The translations under genes and the position numbers were made by a program. The notes beneath the pieces are model-generated. The model worked only from the letters and a program-made list of their open reading frames with translations, had not been told where the DNA came from and did no database searches. A stretch of DNA of 64,000 nt. Source: Candidatus Latescibacterota bacterium (GTDB lineage Bacteria > Latescibacterota > UBA2968 > UBA8231). This document shows, piece by piece, positions 59,440 to 64,000 of the stretch (its first letter is position 1; each line of letters begins with the position of its first letter). Location of the stretch: positions 448,001 to 512,000 of the forward strand of contig OZ242214.1 of the NCBI GenBank assembly GCA_965206595.1, written 5' to 3'.

Positions 59440-59502
59440 GGCTTCGCAGGAACAGGGCTGGCCTCGGGCCGTCAGGATGCCACCCCGTTGCTGATGCGAG
59501 CT
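59440..59502. repeat. 63-bp structured direct repeat, copy 2
   Basis: See copy 1. Confidence 0.9.
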
Positions 59503-60030
59503 ACAGAAAGGAGAATTACTATGATGGATGCTCTGGAGGTTGACCGCTCATCTGCTGCTGACCCTCTTCCAGAAAAGCCTTCAGCACTAGAACAACTCCT
59601 TGCGGATCTCCCTCCAGAAGAGGAAAAGAGAAATCGACGGACTCGTCAGATCCTGAGTGCTCTTCCTGGAGGCGAACGATTTGCCTACGCATTTCCTTGT
59701 AAACAGATCTTTTGCGCAAGGATCCAGGGCATACGTGAGGCTGTCTATCGTCAACGCAAGTGCTATGATTGAATCAAGCACGGGCTGCATTGGGTGCTCC
59801 ATCATGATTCTCCTTGGACAGAGGAGGAGGTAAGGTGACGGCCTCATGATAGGAAAGCTGCTACGGAAGGGCCAGATTCGGGAAGTTCCATGAACCATCA
59901 CCTTCCTTCCTTCTGAGGAGGATCACCGTGGCCGTCGAGAATGCTGCCCTGGAGTCTGTTGCGCGTCTTTTTGACTACCGAGAGGCTGAATTATCTGAGT
60001 CTGTCAGTCTCAGCAGGGATGATTTTGAGC

Positions 60031-60279
60031 CTATTCATCCTCTAGGATCTGTGGTACGTCTCTTTGATGCAAAAGATGCTGTACTAGCTCAAGAACGGCG
60101 GAAGGTGAAGTGATAACCGGTTCTTGATCTGTTTTTCTTTTTCTGTTTTCGAGGTAGTGAATCCATTGTCGCAAGGTGCTGCTGAAACGAACCTGCGTAT
60201 CTTCATCTAAAGACTTGGCCAACGCGGCGACAGCTACATATGCTGCTACGCCGTGATCTACGTCGTTATATCGGGCCAT
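60031..60279 (-). CDS. Small helical hypothetical protein, paralogue of 59116-59403
   Basis: Strong RBS AAGGAGG; shared AAxVxxAxLxxSL...RF..L...I..L pattern. Confidence 0.62.
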   Translation of the reverse strand: MARYNDVDHGVAAYVAVAALAKSLDEDTQVRFSSTLRQWIHYLENRKRKTDQEPVITSPSAVLELVQHLLHQRDVPQILEDE

Positions 60280-60297
60280 TGAAATCTTCCTCCTTGA

Positions 60298-60333
60298 GAA
60301 AACGCCCTCCTGCGCTGAGCACAGGAGGGCGTT
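60298..60333 (-). terminator. Intrinsic terminator
   Basis: 12-bp perfect arms AACGCCCTCCTG/CAGGAGGGCGTT, extended by a G-U pair on the minus strand and ending in a T run. Confidence 0.65.
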
Positions 60334-60359
60334 GGTATTCAGGCCGTTCCCGGGGGATC

Positions 60360-60563
60360 CTACTCCATAGAGTCGGGTTTTTGTTTGCAGAGGGCGTCCC
60401 TCAGGTCTTTCGCTGCTTGCTTTGGAAACTTGATTTCACACCACTCGTTTTCCTGGTTCGTGTATGAGATGGTTATGCTCTCTGATTTCTGGTTAAATGC
60501 TACATTTTCTAAGTCTTTTGCTGGAATCAACCTCTTGATAATCTTCGGCAGTGCCATGATCAT
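60360..60563 (-). CDS. Small hypothetical protein
   Basis: 67 aa, AAGGA RBS, followed by terminator. Confidence 0.45.
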   Translation of the reverse strand: MIMALPKIIKRLIPAKDLENVAFNQKSESITISYTNQENEWCEIKFPKQAAKDLRDALCKQKPDSME

Positions 60564-60846
60564 TTTCCTTTTCCCAATGAGAATTTCGACCCGGGACGAG
60601 TGAATTGGCTTTGTCCAGATTGGACAGGGCGGCTCTCCGGTTAGCCCGGGTGGTTTCCCGGACGGCTTCGACGAGGGGTGAGTTCAAGACTCGCTTCAAC
60701 GTGTTTGCCAAGGCGGAAAGGGTACGCTCCCGATCGCCCTTGCGAAGAAGGTAGTCCTGGGTCTTTTCGCTTGGAGTCTTTTTGTGTATCTGAGCCCAGA
60801 GGTCAGGAGATATGTCTTGGGGTCTGGTAAGTATACTCATCATCAA
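60493..60846 (-). CDS. Hypothetical protein
   Basis: 117-aa ORF co-oriented with neighbours; overlaps the next gene. Confidence 0.35.
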   Translation of the reverse strand: MMMSILTRPQDISPDLWAQIHKKTPSEKTQDYLLRKGDRERTLSALANTLKRVLNSPLVEAVRETTRANRRAALSNLDKANSLVPGRNSHWEKENDHGTAEDYQEVDSSKRLRKCSI

Positions 60847-60931
60847 ACACGGGTGGGAATGGAGGGTAGGGACATCACTCGGCGTCCTGGTTCTTCGTTT
60901 CTCTATGATTCGCCTTGATTTGCTTCCCTAT

Positions 60932-62490
60932 CAGGCCGTTGAAAAACCGGGGAATTCCGAAAAATCGGAAGGATTTAGAATGTAGGGTGTGTTTTGCGGT
61001 TAAATGGACCATTGGAGCGATATTCCCATATATAGAAACGAGCTCGAAAAGGGTAACGAAAAAAGCTTCAAACAGCGGCGCCTTCGGCTAAAGAACTCAA
61101 AAACCCTTTTTAAACGATCAGCGCAGGCCCCGAAACCCGATGCCAGCCCATGAAACCCCCTCGGGGTTCCGCTTCCGGTGAGCTTGCGCATGGCCAGGCC
61201 GAGATTGAAGGCGCCGCCATGAATACACAGGCGCTTGTAGAGGTTGGTGTGGCCGCGCAGGTGAGTGCGTCGCATCCCCCCGGTTTCATAGGTATGAGCA
61301 AAACTGCGTTCCGCAAACTCGGCGCGAAGCCGCTGCAGCCTCTTGCCTCGCTCTCCTCGAAGGCGCCGGCGATTCGCATACACCGCCGCCTTGGCCGGCG
61401 CATCCTTTTTCCAGTTTCGACGGCCGCGATCCGGTTCCGAAACGTAGCTGCGAATCTTCGCCTCCTTCAACGTCTTCATGGTGTGATTGCTGTGATAGCC
61501 CTTATCCGCCACCACTTCGCTGAGCGCCGTCTTCTCCTCGACATCCCCGACCTCTTGCAGAGTGCGATCGGCCTGGTCCAGACTCGCGGCCAGCGACTCG
61601 GTGTCCCCTTCATCGGCGCCACACACCTGGATGGCCACCAGCGCCTGGGTGTCCAGATCGACCGTATGCTCGGCCTTGTGAGCCAAATGAGTGCGTCCGT
61701 CTTTCATCTTGGTACTGCGGGCATCCGCATCATGAGGATGCTCCCAGTCCTTGTTGGACGCCTTGTTCGCACGCTTCTTGTCGAGCCGGGCCAGGTCCTG
61801 CTTCGTCGGGGTTTCGATCCCTTCGGCCCGGGCCAGTCCTTCCAGGTACTCATGGTAGGCTTTGCCCGTGTCCCGGCGCACGATGCTGCGCATGGCGGCG
61901 TTGGCTTCCAGCGTGGTGGCGTCCACCGCCACCGTCTTGCCCTTGAGCAGGTCGTGGTCGACCAACACCTTCAGCACCCAGTCGAAGACCGCTTGGTGCA
62001 CCTCCACCGGCAGGCGCCCGCGTAGGCGCGACAGACTCGAGTGCTCCGGGGGGGTTTCGCTCAAGGGGTAGCCCAGAAAGCGGCGCAGGGCCAGGGAATC
62101 GGCGACCCGCCAAGCGATGCCCCGCTCCGAGCCCAGCCCTTCGAAATAGCCGATCATGAGCAGGCGGAAATAGACCCCGGGAGCAATACTGGGGCGCCCC
62201 AACGTCTCGGCGTAATACGGGGCGCAGTGCGCTTCTACAAAGGCATCGAACCCATGCTCGGCCAGCAGCCTGTTGAGTCGAGTGTAAAACGGATGACCCG
62301 GCGTCTCGGACAGGGTGCGAGTCGGTACCCACATTTCTTGCTGCTGACTTTCTGGACGCTTGCTCATCGACATAACCGCCTCCTGACTTCGGCCCCTTTT
62401 CTTTGGTGTTTTCTAATCTAGAAAAGGCCGATACGACAAGCAATCCCGTTATTGCGGTTTTTAAGGAATCGAGGCTTTTTCAACAGCCTG
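60932..62490 (-). mobile_element. IS1182/IS5-like insertion sequence (1559 bp)
   Basis: IRs CAGGCCGTTGAAAAA / CAGGCTGTTGAAAAA; 4-bp target duplication CTAT at 60928-60931 and 62491-62494. Confidence 0.92.
61000..62373 (-). CDS. DDE transposase (IS1182/IS5-like)
   Basis: GRPSIAP, SERGI, AVDATTLEANA, VADKGY, AERSFAH. Confidence 0.93.
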   Translation of the reverse strand: MSMSKRPESQQQEMWVPTRTLSETPGHPFYTRLNRLLAEHGFDAFVEAHCAPYYAETLGRPSIAPGVYFRLLMIGYFEGLGSERGIAWRVADSLALRRFLGYPLSETPPEHSSLSRLRGRLPVEVHQAVFDWVLKVLVDHDLLKGKTVAVDATTLEANAAMRSIVRRDTGKAYHEYLEGLARAEGIETPTKQDLARLDKKRANKASNKDWEHPHDADARSTKMKDGRTHLAHKAEHTVDLDTQALVAIQVCGADEGDTESLAASLDQADRTLQEVGDVEEKTALSEVVADKGYHSNHTMKTLKEAKIRSYVSEPDRGRRNWKKDAPAKAAVYANRRRLRGERGKRLQRLRAEFAERSFAHTYETGGMRRTHLRGHTNLYKRLCIHGGAFNLGLAMRKLTGSGTPRGFHGLASGFGACADRLKRVFEFFSRRRRCLKLFSLPFSSSFLYMGISLQWSI

Positions 62491-62728
62491 CTATGGCTTT
62501 ATGCGCCTTGTTGTTGATTCTATTGGCTGCGCTCTGATTACGTTGCAGAGCAACATACAAGGCTAATGCGGCCAGATGATGGTCCCGACTGAAACCCATG
62601 CTTCGGGAGTCATGGTAAGCGATCTACCTGTCTTCGTCTTCCCGGTTGCGCTTGCGGAGCGAGGGATCGGGCGGCCGGGCTTCGGCCTTTATCCGAGCGC
62701 GTTCCGTTTTGAGGCGGGCCCGCTCGGT

Positions 62729-64000
62729 GTAACCGTTCAGTCCCCTGCAGTTGTAGTTTGAGCATATAAAGAAATACCTACGCGGGTTTTGGGGTTCGTC
62801 GGTATCTTCGGGAATCGGTTGTGTGTTGCAGATTTTCCTGGATACGGCGACCCCCATGAAGAGACCTCCTGAGAGTACGATTTCCGAAAGCGACTTGCGC
62901 CAGCGCATTGTCCAGCTCGAGCGGATCGTGGAACAACAGACGGCGCGCATCGCCGAGCTGGAGCGGGAATTGGCCCGCCGCAAGGGGCGGTCCCGCCGCG
63001 GTGCCCGGGCCGCCTCGTCGGAATCGGGCGCTTCCTCTTCGCCTCGCACCGATGCCTCCGGGCGCCGATCCTCGCGCTCGCCGGGCGGGCAGCCGGGGCA
63101 CGAAGGACACGGCCGCTCCTGGGTATCGGTGGAGCAGGTGGACGAACTGATCCCGGTCAAGCCCAGCAATTGCCACCGATGCGGGCACCCGTTGACGGGA
63201 GACGATCCCCATCCGCAGCGTCACCAGGAAGTCGTCATCCCGCCGCTGCGGGCCGAGGTCATCGAGTATCAGTTGCACACCCTGCGCTGCGCTCACTGCG
63301 ACCGCCTGACCGAAGCCGGTTGGCCCGAGGGCGTATCGCGCCACACCTTCGGTCCCAGCGTGCAAGCCTGGGTCGGCCTGCTGGCCGGGGCCTACCGGCT
63401 GAGCAAGCGCAACATCCGGGCGCTGTTGTCCGACGCCTTCGGCCTCAAGGTGTCGCTGGGTACGGTCAGCCGGCTGGAACGGGAGGTGGCCGCGGCCCTG
63501 GCGGGTGCGGTCGAGGAGGCGCGCGCCTTCGTTCGCCGACAGGGCATCGTCAACGTCGACGAGACCGGCTGGCGCCAGCGCCGCGCCAAGGCCTGGTTGT
63601 GGACGGCGGTGACGGCCGGCGTCTCGGTGTTCGCCATTCGCCCCAGCCGCGGCCGTGACGGGGTCGATGAGGTGCTGGGTGTGGATAACCGGGCGGTGGT
63701 CGGCTCCGATCGCTATTCGGCCTACGGGCATCTGCCGCTGCGACGCCGGCAAGTCTGCTGGGCTCATCTGCGGCGCGCCTTCGAGGAGTTCGTGGCCCGG
63801 GGCGGAGAGGCCGAGCGCGTCGGTCAACACCTGTTGGACCGCAGCGAGCAGCTGTTTACCTGGTGGCATCAAGTCCGCGACGGTACCCTGTCCCGCGCCC
63901 GCTTCCAGGACTATATCGACGATTTGTGCCTGCGCTTTCGTTTTCATTTGTGCTATGGGCAGCGGTTCGCCGACGCCAAGACGGCGGCCACCTGCGCCAA
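62729..64000 (+). mobile_element. IS66-family element, left part; runs off the window
   Basis: Begins GTAACCGTTCAG, a typical IS66 end; interrupts a minus-strand ORF ending at 62624. Confidence 0.8.
62856..64000 (+). CDS. IS66-family transposase, partial (absent from ORF track because its stop is outside the window)
   Basis: MKRPPES start, coiled coil, GGQPGHEG, CHRCG...CAHC, VDETGW, WLW, SDRYSAY, QVCWAHL. Confidence 0.92.
   Translation, partial: MKRPPESTISESDLRQRIVQLERIVEQQTARIAELERELARRKGRSRRGARAASSESGASSSPRTDASGRRSSRSPGGQPGHEGHGRSWVSVEQVDELIPVKPSNCHRCGHPLTGDDPHPQRHQEVVIPPLRAEVIEYQLHTLRCAHCDRLTEAGWPEGVSRHTFGPSVQAWVGLLAGAYRLSKRNIRALLSDAFGLKVSLGTVSRLEREVAAALAGAVEEARAFVRRQGIVNVDETGWRQRRAKAWLWTAVTAGVSVFAIRPSRGRDGVDEVLGVDNRAVVGSDRYSAYGHLPLRRRQVCWAHLRRAFEEFVARGGEAERVGQHLLDRSEQLFTWWHQVRDGTLSRARFQDYIDDLCLRFRFHLCYGQRFADAKTAATCA

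Noticed and set aside
59043-59502. CRISPR array, tRNA/tmRNA fragment or hammerhead ribozyme
   Set aside because: Only two 63-bp copies with a 334-bp coding spacer; no T-arm consensus despite a nearby CCACCA; hammerhead CUGANGA/GAAA core incomplete
62778-63947. 389-aa minus-strand ORF
   Set aside because: Antisense shadow of the plus-strand IS66 transposase

Overview
High-GC bacterial chromosome segment. The C-terminal 'SAVxxxSWGRIK' tails, a 'PNPFN' FlgD/T9SS-like tail and many orphan hydrolases resemble Latescibacterota/Gemmatimonadota-type genomes; this is inference only. From left to right: (1) 1-23 kb holds metabolic and secreted genes: an AAA/PD-(D/E)XK gene, a TolB-like protein, three tandem secreted paralogues with conserved junctions, hydantoinase A/B, a VPS10/BNR hydrolase, an aldo-keto reductase, a ~450-bp diverged duplication flanking a dead vapBC module, and further toxin-less antitoxins. 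(2) ~23-47.6 kb is a defence island. It opens with a tightly coupled six-gene operon: YprA/DUF1998 helicase, SNF2 helicase, N6-adenine methyltransferase, PtuA-like ATPase, PtuB-like HNH and a second HNH. After it come an ADP-ribosyltransferase-like gene split by an IS630, an IS630-type MITE, HNH, TIR, PD-(D/E)XK pseudogene, HEPN-Zn and GmrSD genes, with two IS91/ISCR catalytic-motif relics. (3) 47.7-59 kb holds catabolic genes, including an AAC(3)-ceramidase-like fusion. (4) From ~59.0 kb a lower-GC foreign element truncates a glycosyl hydrolase. It carries two 63-bp structured repeats and small paralogous ORFs, and is hit by an IS1182/IS5-like element and an IS66. No rRNA, tRNA, CRISPR array or reverse transcriptase was seen. 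All family calls come from motif recognition by eye, not database searches.
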